DNA of 64,000 nt from Malacoraja senta (taxonomy: Eukaryota), in NCBI GenBank assembly GCA_038087875.1, contig CM076001.1, positions 2,232,001-2,296,000 of the forward strand, written 5' to 3'. The notes below the pieces were generated by a model. The model did not search any database, was not told the DNA's origin, and worked only from the letters and a program-made list of their open reading frames with translations. Made by a program: the position numbers and the translations under genes. Positions 12,891 to 25,581 of this stretch are shown piece by piece (the stretch's first letter is position 1; each line of letters opens with the position of its first letter).

Positions 12891-14151
12891 CTGGCACACC
12901 TCAAAGGCTGCCTACCCCCCACGTTGGATCCCTATCAGTTTGCCTACCGCAAGAACAGGAGTACGGAGGATGCCATCTCAACGGCACTTCACTCCGCCCT
13001 CTCCCACCTCGACAACAGAGACACTTACGTAAGAATGCTGTTCATCGATTACAGCTCAGCATTCAACACCATCATACCCTCTAAACTGATCACCAAACTC
13101 GGTGACCTGGGCATCGACCCCTCCCTCTGCAACTGGATACTGGACTTTCTAACCAACCCAGTCTGTTAGGTTAGACAAGCACACCTCTTCAACCCTCACC
13201 CTGAACACCGGCGTTCCACAGGGCTGTGTGCTGAGCCCCCTCCTCTACTCCCTCTTCACCTACGACTGCACACCTGTACATGGTACTAACACCATCATCA
13301 AGTACGCAGATGATACAACGGTGATTGGCCTCATCAGCAACAACGATGAGTCGGCCTATAGGGAGGAGGTCCAGCTCCTAGCAGCATGGTGCGCTGACAA
13401 CAACCTGGCCCTTAACTCCAAGAATACCAAGGAGCTCATTGTAGACTTCAGGAAGTCTAGGGGCGGCATGCACACCCCCATCCACATTAACGGGAGGGAG
13501 GTGGAACGTGTTTCCAGCTTCAGGTTCCTGGGGGTCAACATCTCCGATGACCTCTCTTGGACCAACAATACCTCAACTCTGGTCAAGAAGGCTCACCAGC
13601 GTCTCTTCTTCCTGAGGAGACTAAAGAAGGTCCATCTGTCTCCTCGGATTCTGGTGAACTTCTACCGCTGCACCATCGAGAGCATCCTTACCAACTGCAT
13701 CACAGTATGGTATGGCAACTGCTCTGTCTCCGACCGGAAAGCACTGCAGAGGGTGGTGAAAACTGCCCAACGCATCACCGGTTCCTCACTCCCCACCATT
13801 GAGTCTGTCCAAAGCAAGCGTTGTCTGCGAAGGGCGCTCAGCATCGCCAAGGACTGCTCTCACCCCAACCACAGACTGTTTACCCTCCTACCATCCGGGA
13901 GGCGCTACAGGTCTCTCCGTTGCCGGACCAGCAGGTCCAGGAACAGCTTCTTCCCTGCGGCGGTTACACTACTCAACACTGTACCTCGGTGACTGCCAAT
14001 CACACCCCCCCCCCCGGACACTCCTCCCACCAGGATTTATTAGATTTATTTATTTACTGCTCATATTAATGTCGCTCTTCTAGGGAGATGCTAACTGCAT
14101 TTCGTTGTCTCTGTACTGTACACTGCACAATGACAATAAAGTTGAATCTGA
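12891..14151 (+). mobile_element. 5'-truncated Rex1/Babar-type non-LTR retrotransposon (RT region and 3' tail)
   Basis: [42 protein letters not shown] motifs with one frameshift near 13165; ends AATAAAGTTGAATCTGA. Absent from the homologous site in unit 2 (~22108). Confidence 0.9.
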
Positions 14152-16847
14152 ATAAATACAACCCATTCAAACCGAAGTGCAATAGATAGGGCAAAGCGAA
14201 AGATACAGAGTGCAGAATAAAGTTCTCCACATTGTAGCGCATCAATTCCAGAATCAAAATCCCAATGTCCACAATGCGGTAGATGTGCACCGGCCTGTAC
14301 TCTGCCCTATGGAGTTAAATTTTGTCGTACCCTGCCGAAGATAAACACAAAATGCTGGTGTAACAGCGGGACAGGATGCATTTACGGAGAGAAGATGGGT
14401 GACGATTCGGGTCGATACTGAGAGTCAGGGCAGAGGGAGACGAGAGATATGGAAGGGTAAGGTGTGAAAACGATAGATCAAGGAAATGTCGAATATCATT
14501 TTTAGCTGGGGGGGAGATAACCAACAGAAATTTTAGTGCGATTTTGAATGATACCGAGATTGAAAATGTATCGCTTATTGGCGACGAGGATAAACATAAT
14601 CTTCTTCATCTGTGTGCTCCCTGCATTGGCGATATTCGGCTCGATTGGGGAATGCAATGTTTGCTCATTGCAGCTGAGCGCAGTACATCCAGTGCTTTAT
14701 TGCCAACGTCATCGCAGCCGCGGACAAGAGGAGAGCGATTCCACACTTGCTCATTGATAACACCGCAGAAGCCTGGCCCGGCTCCTATTTCTGAGGTGGT
14801 GTCAACCATGCAACAACACCGGCCCCCGAATCCATCCGTGGTCGTCAAAAGGAAAGGGCTCAATGAGCGGAAACGATGACGAAGTGAGTCTGTGTAACCT
14901 ACAACACATCACTTGATCCTGCGTGCCTCCTCTATGTGTTTGCAAAAACTCATATTGACACTTCCTACCGATCTCGTTGTGCAGTTTGCCAGGATACTGG
15001 TCCCAACAGGGTTCAAGTGGGCACAGCTCCACAAATGGTTTTATGTTTTTGCTGCTGATTAATTCACTCCTCATCTGTTGATTCGGTGTAACCACCGCGT
15101 GAGTAAGAGACAAAACGATTAGGAAATAGGAGGGGCAAAGTGGTTCAAGTCAATTTGAGGCCAGGGCGGACGTAAGTAGCAAAGTTAATAATATTAGCCT
15201 GTACTGCATGGTTCCAAGAGGCAGCCCACAAGCCGTAGCCCGCGCAGGGGATGTCGAATGGGGAAATTTGCGAGAATGTTTTTGGAATAAAGGATGCTCC
15301 ATATGGACAATGAAGAAACAGACATCCTACCAAGCCCTGCCATTATCTACATCCGTCTCCCCCTCACCAGAGTCCATCCACTAATCCGCAGGTGGGGATT
15401 CACCGTTCGTGTATTACATCTCGTCTCACGCATTCCATTTTTTGTACAATGTCTGGCAGACGCCGTTGAGATCCTCCAACACATAATTTTATTTTTGCTG
15501 CACATTCCAGCATCTCTAGTCATTTGTGACTTGCCTCTAATGCAATACAATGTTTTCATTTGCGCAATAGCTGCTGTATCATAAGGACACCAGAAAATGA
15601 ACAACGCATTGCGAAATTGTCAGCCGTGTTCTCTTCCCTGGAATAAATAAAGATTGGCCTGATTTACACGGAATTGGATCAATTTCTGATTGCTTTCATG
15701 AGTGGAAGGCTGTTCTGGTAGAAAGCGTAACATATACGGAATAAACGCTTAGCCCGATCCTAATTCCGACATAACGAAGCGAAACAAGCAAGATTAAAAT
15801 TATCTTTATTTCAAATAAAGACACGTTGCTACATAAAAATCTCTTCGTTAAATTGGATATCTTTCTGGAAATTGTAGGCGTGTCTTAAAATGTTCGAATG
15901 TTATTGATCTGCCTGGACTCAGCTGCGAAAATAAGTGATCGGCAGAATAACCTGATATTTTATTGTTATAGATGGAATGGATCGTCAATCACAGTGTACA
16001 CAGGCGTGTATCCCGGTTAGTTGGTCAATCGGGTAACTACACTGCAAGCTTATTTGCCAAATACTCTGTATAATCACAGATCTACAGAGTCGAGATTGGG
16101 GGCACTGCTACTGTTGGACGTGGGGTATAATTTATCTGAATACAGTCATCGTTGAGGCAGAGCTTGGGGTGAACAACGTCGGGTTGAATATCGGGAACAA
16201 GAATGTTCTGCGAGAATTATAAAGTTCGGCATCAAGTCGCCAAAGATGTCCACACCGGCGCGCGCTCTTCAAAATAGCAGTGACAAGAATGTCACAATTA
16301 ATTCAATGAATTATCTTGCAACATTCATACAACTAATGCCACTGTTAATAATATTATAACAATCGAGCTTTGTCAGGGGCTGAACGGAGATAAGGGCCAA
16401 GGCACGAGTAGGAGCGATATGTGGGCAAGAGCTTTGTAAAATGGCACAGAGGAGATGTTAAGAGAAAGGCATTGAATCCGAGATTGAGATGAAGATTTGA
16501 ACGCCAAGACGCTCCTCTACTTGAAGAACGATATGTGACACTTCATATTGCTGCAAATTGTTTCAATGGTTGTTCATCTCCAGTTTCAATGATGAGATCC
16601 ATTCCTCGCTTCATCAAACATTTATCAGATCACAGTTTCTTGAAGGAGGAGAAGGCCATTTTGTTATTTTGAAGTTTTTTTTTTTACCGTGTGGAAATCG
16701 TTGGTGACTTGGTGCCTATCTTTATTATTTCCCGCGAAAAATGCGTTGTGTTCATATACCAGCATTCACTGTGTGCTCCCAAACCGCAAAGCATTCGCGT
16801 GAATTATTTATCCTGCCCACCATTCCAATCCAACCAAATTAAATTCC

Positions 16848-17135
16848 GGGCGGCCACGGTGGCGCAGCAGTAGAGTTGCTGCCTAACAGCACTTCCGGTG
16901 CCGTAGACCCGAGCTCGATCCCGACTACGGGTGCAGTGTGTACGGAGTTTGTACGTTCTCGCCGTGACCTCGTGGGTTTTCTCCGAGATCTGTGGCGTTC
17001 AGGCATGTAGGTTAATTGGTTTGGTGTAAGCGTAAATTGTCGCTCGTGTGTGTGGGGGCTCGCTGGTCGGTGCGGTCTCGATGGGCCGAGGGACCTGTTT
17101 CTGCGCTGTATCTCTAAACTAAACTAAATTCAATT
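16848..17135 (+). mobile_element. HE1-like SINE (duplicated copy of 5380-5680)
   Basis: GGGCGGCCACGGTGGCGCAGCAG head and CTAAACTAAACTAAA tail. Confidence 0.8.
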
Positions 17136-17801
17136 ACGCTTCACACCTCTACTATGGCACAGTGGTGAAGCGTTCCGTTTTTTTCACCTTAGGTGCTGAC
17201 TGTGTGGAGTCTGCAGGTTAACCATGCGACCGCTTATCTTTTCTCTGGGAGCTTCGGTTTCCCCCCTCATCTCAAATGTCTTGCGTGATTGTAGGTCAAT
17301 TGGCCGCTGTAAATTTGCCTTCATGCGGAGGGAGTGGATGCGAAAGTAGGAACTAGTGTGAACGGGTGAGTGATGGTCGACGTGCACTCTGTTGACTGAA
17401 GGGCCTGTTTTCATGCTGCATCTTAACATCAATCAATCAATGGTGTCGGGGTTTGAAGGATAAATTAATTCTAGTCATAAAGTCATACAGCATGGAAACA
17501 GGTCCTTCGGCCTAACTGACGACCAACATACCCCATCTGAAGACGTCTGAAGAAGGGTCTCGACCACAAACGTCTCGACCTAAAACGTCACCCATTCCTC
17601 CTCTCCAGAAATGCTGCCTATCCCGCTGAGTTACTCCAGCATTTAGTACACCCGCCTGCCTGCGTGTTGCCGATACCCCTCTAAACCTGTCCAATCCATG
17701 TCCCTGTCTACATGTTTCTTCGATTGTTGCCTTAACTGCCTCTTCCGGCAGCTCGTTCCATACACCGCCCCGTGTGTGTGGAAAAAGTTACCCCACAGGT
17801 T

Positions 17802-17933
17802 NNNNNNNNNNNNNNNNNNNNNNNNNNNNNNNNNNNNNNNNNNNNNNNNNNNNNNNNNNNNNNNNNNNNNNNNNNNNNNNNNNNNNNNNNNNNNNNNNNN
17901 NNNNNNNNNNNNNNNNNNNNNNNNNNNNNNNNN
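17802..17933. other. Assembly gap (N run)
   Basis: Run of N at the position homologous to the poly-C/(CA) tract at ~6385-6455. Confidence 0.98.
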
Positions 17934-18515
17934 ACCTTATACCCATGTCCTCGGGTTCTTACTTCCCCTATTCTGAGTAAGATATTCTGCGCCTACCCGA
18001 TGAATTACGATCTATTGGACGAACAGAAGAACGTGCAAACTTCACACCGACAACGGCGAGGTCAGGTTCACACGCGTGTCTCTGGTGCTGTCGGAGCAGT
18101 GGACTAACCCTGTTTAGCAGCCTGGTCTAAAATAGATTATTAATGGCATTGGGATCATTGTAATCGGCGGGAAATTATCACAACTCATGGGAGACTTTGG
18201 ATGAAGAAATTCGAAATCCGAACAGAACAAGGAACATTCCAAATACCGCGTTTTTTGAGAAGCTGGGAAGCTGCGAGACTTTCATTTCGAAGCTGTGGTA
18301 AAGAGAGAGAGAGACGGAGCAAAGAATAGAAAAGAACAGGGACCACTAACGGAAGGAAGAGATACAGGGATGACAGATCTCAGCAAGACACCGTCGCACC
18401 TACGCAAATCGTACCAAAAACGACTTTGGAAGCAATTCTCATAATGACAGGAACCGCGAACAGGAAGCCGTGTGAGGCTTGCATTGGATTCCAACCCGAG
18501 CCACAAGGCGCCTTG

Positions 18516-18553
18516 TGTTTCTGTACGGGTGTATACTGATTCCCACCACTGTG
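18516..18553 (-). other. Recombination signal sequence, 22-bp spacer
   Basis: CACAGTG (18553-18547), 22-nt spacer, ACAGAAACA (18524-18516). Confidence 0.88.
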
Positions 18554-19007
18554 CGGCTCAACGTGCAGTGATAAACTGCAGAATCGCTCAGCTCCAGATC
18601 TGAGATGGTCAAACTGATGAATTTACTCTGGTGTTCGACAGAGAAACGACGGACAGCGAAGTTCCATTCATTGCCATCGCTGTCTTTCCGTAATGTGTAC
18701 TCGGACTCTTAGCCGGGCATCTGTCGATACCAGTATATCCTGTAGGCACCCGTGGTTTTGTATCTGCATTCCAACGTCACTGCTTCTCCTTCTGTCTTCA
18801 CTGCTAACGGCGGTGACTGAGTGACGGAATCGCCACGGCCGTGATCTGTAAAAATAGATCCAAACGGAAAAAAATGATCAGACCTGCGAGATTTAAAGTC
18901 TGAGATTCATACCCTGTTTCACAAGTAAAAGATAAAAGAAATGCATGTGTGTCATTATTACTTATCAAAAATGTTCCCCACGCCATCCAGATAATGAGGA
19001 ACCACAT
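18554..19007 (-). pseudogene. TRAV/TRDV: T-cell receptor alpha/delta V pseudogene (family 1)
   Basis: Leader 19007-18962 and V exon 18845-18554 match the 7081-7546 gene, but there is an in-frame TAA at 18711-18709 (RQMPG*), YYC has become YHC, and two 6-nt deletions lie in CDR2/FR3. Confidence 0.92.
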
Positions 19008-19792
19008 GGTGTCTATCAGCTGAGTTGTCGATATGCCGTCGGCAAACAGAGCGCTCCCTCGTTGTTGCCCCGTGTCTCCGTTGGCTCTCCAATAGCGGTG
19101 AGCGGGGTGGGTCCTATCTGTTGACGGATCAGCTGCGATGGAGTCACTGCACTTATAAGGGAAAATCTGAAGCAATAAAAGCAAAATAGTGTTACCCAAG
19201 GAGCTCGGTGTTAAATGATGAGCTAACGTTACGACACGTATATACCTGAAAGTGATTGTACATTGAACGTTTCCCAGATCATGTCTGTGAATTTCATTAA
19301 GTTTAGTTTAACTCAGTTCAGTTCAGTTCCGTCCAGTTGAGTTCAATTCAGTTTAGTTCCGTTAAGTCAAGTTTACTTTAGTTTGGTTTATTATTGTCAC
19401 GTATGAAAAGAAACAGTAAAATAAAACATTATTTTAATGGACAAAGGGAATTCGGGTACAAGATGGTGAGAGAATGCGATGGTACCTAAGCGGGGAATGG
19501 GAAGGGGAAACAGGGGGATGGTAGGGGGGATTTCTCCAAGTCAGACTCAGAGAGTCATACAGCATGGAACGGGCTCTTCGGCCCAACCTGCCCACACCGA
19601 CCAATATGTCCCAACTACATTAATCCCACCAGGCTGCGCTTGGCCCATATTCCTCCATGTCTATCCTTTCCATGTACCATTCTAAATGTTACGATAGTAC
19701 CTGCCTCAACTACCTACACCGGCAGCTCGATCCAGTAACCCACCACCGTTTGTGTAAAAAGTTTACCCCTCTGGTTCCTGTGAAATCCCCAC

Positions 19793-19823
<31 letters not shown>

Positions 19824-19983
19824 TAAACATGTATCATCTGATTCTCTATTCCCCTACACGGGGCAAGTGATTCTGTGCGTTTTCCCGATCTACTCCTCTC
19901 ATGATTCTATACACCCTTCATCACCATGCGCATCATGGAATAAAGTCCTAGCCACCTCATCCTCACCATATAGCTCAGTGGCA

Positions 19984-20282
19984 CGGCGGCACAGTGGCGT
20001 AGCGGTATAGCTACTTCCTTACTGCGCCAGAGATCCGTGTAACATGACTACGGGAGTTTGTGCGCTCTCCCCGTGACTTACGTGGGTTTTTCTCTGAGAT
20101 CTTGGGTTTCCGCCCACACTCCAAAAAGGTACATGTTTGTAAGTTAATTGGCTTGTTATAAAATGATAAATTGTCCCATGTGTGTCGGGTATTGTTGATG
20201 TGCGGGGATCACTGGTACGTGCGGACTCAGTGGGCTGAAGGGCCAGATTCCGCGTTGTATATCTGAACTACACTAAACAAAA
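19984..20282 (+). mobile_element. HE1-like SINE (paralog of 10597-10915)
   Basis: GGCGGCACAGTGGCGTAGCGG head; same flanks as the unit-1 copy. Confidence 0.8.
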
Positions 20283-20838
20283 CTCAGTCCCTTTGGTGCT
20301 GGCCACATCATCGCCAGTCTTCTCTGCACCCTTTCCTGCTTTACAACCTATTTCATATGACACGTGCCCAAAACTGAACGCAATGCTCTAAAGGTGGCCT
20401 CGCGTCCTAACTTGCATCCCTCTTGCATCTAATACGTTCCATGCGGTTCGATGTGGGAATGGGAATCACTTCTAACTCGGAATTAAATTTAAACAGAAAG
20501 TACATTTCGCCAGCAATCAACGCAACCTATAAATCCCGCATTCACCCGTTCATCACAGTTCCTTTACATTATGATATCTAAGAGTTCCTCATAAGGTTGA
20601 GCCGAGTATCCCCTGTTACAGCAGGACGTTTCATTCCCCACCCAGTCACTACATGCCTAACCTGAAAGAACGCTGACCGAGTCCCAACTGGGGAGGAAGT
20701 TGACGTAGGCGGAACGCAGTCACTTCCTGCCCAGCGTCACCACTGCGCCACCAGCACCAACAGTAGAGGCGAGAACATCCGAAAGCCGCACAGCACCAGG
20801 TCGAGGAGGGACATTCACAAAGGGTTTTCACAGAGAAA

Positions 20839-21763
20839 ATGCGCGTATTTGCCATTTGGATTGTGTGGGGAGCATGCCTGATAGGTAAAGTCGCAGCAGT
20901 TAATCCGGTTACTTGCTCCGACGGAACGTCGATCATCATTGTGAATGCGAACCGGTCTAATCTTTCCATATATGTAAATGGAAAGCCGGTCCTATCTAAT
21001 CGCCATCCATATGCCATGGAGAAAATGAATTGGTATAGGTAATGTTTCAGGTCGAGACCCTTCTTCAGGTCACCTATTCCTTTTGTCAAGAGAGGCTGGC
21101 TAATCCGCTGGAATACTCCAGCTTTTCGTGTCTAACTTCGGTTTAAGTCAGCATCTGCAGTTCCTTTCTACCTATAAGCCACGGCAATGTTCGATTCACC
21201 TCGATATGCAAGGGAGCTATGCGATGCATATCTACCCCAGTGTCGACATTGGCCTTTGTCTCTGGGACAGATTCGCTTCAATAATAATAACTTTATTCTG
21301 CACTCTCTCTCTCTTCCCTTTATCTATCTAATGAACGTGCGTTTGATTTGATTGTATATTATCAGTTGATCTGTTTGGTAGCATGTAATACAAAGGTCTT
21401 CCGCGTATTTTCGTGTACGCATGACAAACCTAAACATAATCCATATATTTATTCAGATCCCAATCATGGAGATACCATCACACAATCGCTGCCATCAGCA
21501 CAGAAGGTAGAAGGAGAGTCGGTGACTTTCAGCTGCACCTATGAGACCGCAGAAACGTACTACTACTTATTTTGGTACCGGCATCATCAGGTCTCAAGGC
21601 CCGAGTTCATATGGAGGAAACATTCAACAGGAAACGAGGAGAAAGACGATTTTGCAGGCGATCGCTTCTCTGCCCAGCTCCAGACGGATAGAAAATTAGT
21701 CCGTTTAACCCTATCGGGGCTGAAGCTGAGCGACACTGCAGTTTATTACTGCGCCTTTAGCCG
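20839..21763 (+). CDS. TRAV/TRDV: T-cell receptor alpha/delta V segment, intact (family 2, copy b)
   Basis: Leader exon 20839-20884 (MRVFAIWIVWGACLI, donor GTAAAG), intron 20885-21456, V exon 21457-21763: DTITQSLPSAQKVEGESVTFSCTY...LFWYRH...LSGLKLSDTAVYYCAFSR. Confidence 0.93.
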
Positions 21764-21802
21764 CACAGTGATGGAAACCAGTGAAACCTTCCTACAAAAA
21801 CA
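21764..21802 (+). other. Recombination signal sequence, 23-bp spacer
   Basis: CACAGTG, 23-nt spacer, ACAAAAACA. Confidence 0.95.
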
Positions 21803-22477
21803 TCAGTTTCAGCTTTGGCTGTTGCAGAGAGATACATCTGCACCGCGCTTGGTGGTTGTGGTTGCCCGCCGCCTGAGAATTCTTCCCAACTCACCCAGTT
21901 TCTCTCGAGGGCGGCTTGCGGTATCATCGGCGCAGCTGAAACCCACCGATTCCCTTTCTGTGCTCCGTGCTGAGGGCGGCATCTGTGTGAACAGAATCGC
22001 CATTTCTGGTGTCTGGAAAACACATGGATTGGGTTTAGATTTATAAATGATCAGAGATACAGTGATGAACTGTGCGTCCCATGCTGGCCAGCAGATCAGA
22101 TAACGGTCCATAAATACAACCCATTCAAACCGAAGTGCAATAGGTAGAGCAAAGGGAAAGATACAGTGTGCAGAATAAAGTTATCCACATTGTAGCGCAT
22201 CAATTCCAGAATCAAATCCCAATGTCCACAATGCGGTTGATGTCCACTGACCTGTACTCTACTTCATGAAGTTAAATCTTGCAGTACCCTGCCGAAGATA
22301 GACGCAAAATGCTGGTGTAACAGCGGGACAAGAGACATATCCGGAGAGAAGATGGCTGACGTTTGGGGTCGAGACTGAGAGTCAGTGGAGAGGGAGACTA
22401 GAGATATGGAAGGGTAAGGTGTGAAAACGATAGATCAAAGCGGTCTGTGATCCAGGAAATGTCGAATATCATTGTTA

Positions 22478-25400
22478 AACCCCTGTCTCACTGTGCGAGT
22501 TGACCCACGAGGTACCCCGAGTCTAAAACAAATTTAACTCGTGGTAATCACGTACAATTAACGTAGCGGGAACGTCGGAACTCGTGGACGCAACTTAGCG
22601 ACTCTTGGCGCTAACGGCAGGTACCCGTAAAATTTGTTAACTCTTGAAAAAGTTCAAACATGTTTAAACTTTTCCACGACTAAAATGTACTATTGTGGTT
22701 AAAAATTGAAACATTTAAACACGTTGTAAGAACGCAGTGGCCCGTGCGTTTACCTTAGTGACTCGTGAGACTACCGTGGGAACTCTTTAACTCAGCGGGC
22801 AGGCAGCATCTCTGGAGAGAAGGAATGGGTGATGGGATGACATTTCCAAATTGGGGGGGAGTGGGGGGTTGGAGCAGGGAGGGAGGGGGGTGGAGGAGAG
22901 AGGGTGGAGAGTGGAGGGAGAGGAGGGGGAGACAGATGAGGGTGTCTTCATTCACTAGGGGCGGGTGCCGGTCACTGAAACAGGCAGGTGAGATTTCACA
23001 TCCACCTTGTGTGTGTGTGTCTCTCTCTCTCACTCGCTTCCTCTCACACAGGCTGAGAGACTCTACCTCTGTGAGTGTACGTCTCTTTCGCCACCTCTCC
23101 CACACAGTAAGACCGAGGTAAGTCCATCTGTGTAAGTCCATCTGTGTCCCCCACATACACAGTAAAACTATGCTTTGTGTGTATATACGTCTCCCCCCAT
23201 TTCTCTCTTCCCCCCACCTCTCTCTCCCCACCCCACCTCTCTCTTTCTCCCCCCACACACAATAAGATGTATTCTGCTTTAGTCTCTCTTCCCTCCCACA
23301 CACACACAGATAGACCGAGGTCCTGTGCGCTCTTTCTCTCCCCCCACAGTCACGCCGGAGTACACCACACTGCCTCTGTGCCTCTCTCTCTCTGTCTCTC
23401 TCCCCCTCTCTCCTTCATACACCGTCAGAGGTCCACACTGTCTCTGTGTCTCTCTCTCCCCTACACACACACACACACAGACTGAGGTACACACTGCCCG
23501 TTGTGTGTGTGTGTCTGCCTCTGTCTCCCACACACACAGTTAAAGGTACTCCACGCTTCCTGTGTGTGTGTGTGTCTCTCTCTCTCTCGCTCTCTCTCTC
23601 TGTGTGTGTCCCACCCCCCACACCCACACACACACACCCCACACACACACTCAGCCAGAGGAACTCCACACTGTGTGTGTGTGTGTGTGCGCCTCTGTCT
23701 CTCCCTATCACAGTCAGTGAGGTACTCCCCCCGCAGTCTCTCCGCGGCCTCTCCCCGGGCAGGGTGCATCTGCCTCCCTCAGCTCTGATACGGTAAATAA
23801 TGATAAGATTACCGCTGAAATGTTGTTAAAGGCAGCAAGTTTCACTGCACAAGTAAAGGGTCAGCTGTCCTCGCCAGAACTAATAAACAGTTATTTTGCA
23901 AATTTAAGGGATTTAATAGTTAGTATCAGAACACAGTATTTTACTACATGTCTCAAAATGAGAAAAAAAATCTTATAGGATATATTATTTTACAAAGACC
24001 AGGTCTCCCACCATTGACTCCATTTACATTCCACGATGCCTCAAAACATATATAATCTAAGAGTTGTCCCATCCCGGTCATTTCTTCTTCTCCTTGCTCC
24101 CGTCCGGCGGGCAGTACAGAAGTTTGAAAGCGCCAGCCTCAGGAACAGCTACTTCCCCTCTATTATCAGGTTTCTTTAAGGTCTTTCTATAACCGAAGGT
24201 AATGTCCGATTCACCTCTGCCTCATTACGGACATTTGGACTCTCTGTGCAACTGGTGCGGTGCAATGCTGAGAACTGTATTTTGCACTCTATATACTGCA
24301 CTTCGATTCGTACTTGAGTTTGACCATTATAATTAAGTATAACATTATTTGATCTCATATAGTCAGTCATACAACACTGAAACAGCTTATTTGGTCCAAT
24401 TTCTCCATGCCGAACATGGCGCCCCACATTCCAGCGTATGACCCATATCCTTCCAAACAGATTTAAAAACACAACAGTGCCTTCAGTGGATTTATTTCTA
24501 ATTTAAAAAAAAAAATCATAAAAAGATGTACAGGATATGCAATACACCAATGCCATGTGTAATTTCAAAAATAATCTTTCTCCCGAATAAAATATGTATA
24601 AAACAAAAACCGTGCGAAATCTTTTCATAGATTCTCAGTGGTTAATGCCTTCGGTATTTTTCTAAAATAAACTTTACTCAGAATAAGAAATGTGCACAAA
24701 ACAAAAACAGTGCAATGCATTATCAGTGTCTATACATTCAATAGTGTCAGGACTGTTTCCATCTATATTTAAACAAAACTCTCTTGTCGCTATGTGCCCC
24801 TTGGGGTGATATCCCTACCCTTGTCTGACGGGTCCCCATTTCAATATCCTGCAGCGGAAGGGCCATAGACTGTGGTCCAAATGAACTGCACGTAAATGCA
24901 ATGCAGATACAAATATTCTGCGTCTGTGTCTGCCATTTCCGTCTTTATGGCTTTCATGTCACGATTGCCAGTTCAATGAGTAATTCGGCTTAATTCAGAT
25001 TTTATATGCGGATGCGAATACTTTAATTATAAAGTGTAAATTCTATTAAATATGTTACAGGGAAAAACATTGATGTCCAGCAATGAAAAGACATCCCTGT
25101 ATTTAAATAGCGCCCATCACAAACTCAGGAGGTTCCAACGTCTATTACAGTAAAGGAAGTACAGTGAACGTACTTGGATAAACATAATGTTGAGCATGAA
25201 TATTGTTGTGTTTAAAAACGGTGGTAACAAGGCTTGTAATTATGCAAAGGCAGACAAAAAATGCAGAAGAAACTCAGCGGGTGAGGCAGCACATACGGAG
25301 AGAAGAGATATGCGACGTTTCGGGTCGAAACACTCCTTCAGTCACTGTTGCTTATTAAAACAGACCTTCATTCACGCTTGGCTCAAGAGTACCTCGGGAG

Positions 25401-25581
25401 AGGAACTTGATAACTCGGGTGACGAACTTGGAACATCGCAGAAATGACAGTTAACGGCAAACTTGAGTCATACCCGTGGGAACTCGGTTAAACTTGATCA
25501 TACACTTGGAATCTCGTGCACAACCACGAGTCTTTCGCTCGGGGTACCTCGTGGGTCAGCTCGCACAGTGTGACAGGGCCA
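22478..25581. mobile_element. Complete 3.1-kb non-autonomous PIF/Harbinger-type element
   Basis: TIRs AACCCCTGTCTCACTGTGCGAGTTGACCCACGAGGTACCCCGAG and its near reverse complement ending GACAGGGCCA. TTA on both sides (22475-22477, 25582-25584); empty site with a single TTA at 14502-14504. Confidence 0.85.

Larger units (their letters stand above)
14502..22474. repeat. Segmental duplication unit 2 (paralog of ~2992-14501)
   Basis: Colinear homology: 14524-19430 ~ 3025-8060; 19560-22108 ~ 10200-12890; 22109-22470 ~ 14152-14500. Confidence 0.9.

Noticed and set aside
7081-21763. NAR-TCR supporting V-delta or IgH-like (TAILV) segments
   Set aside because: All V genes have their own leader exon, only the two canonical cysteines in the V exon and alpha/delta-type frameworks; no NAR V, D or J segments lie upstream.
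21348-22046. 232-aa ORF running through the V exon and RSS (also 12305-12829 and 6987-7340)
   Set aside because: Read-through of intron, RSS and 3' flank. The true structure is a leader exon plus a V exon ending at the heptamer.
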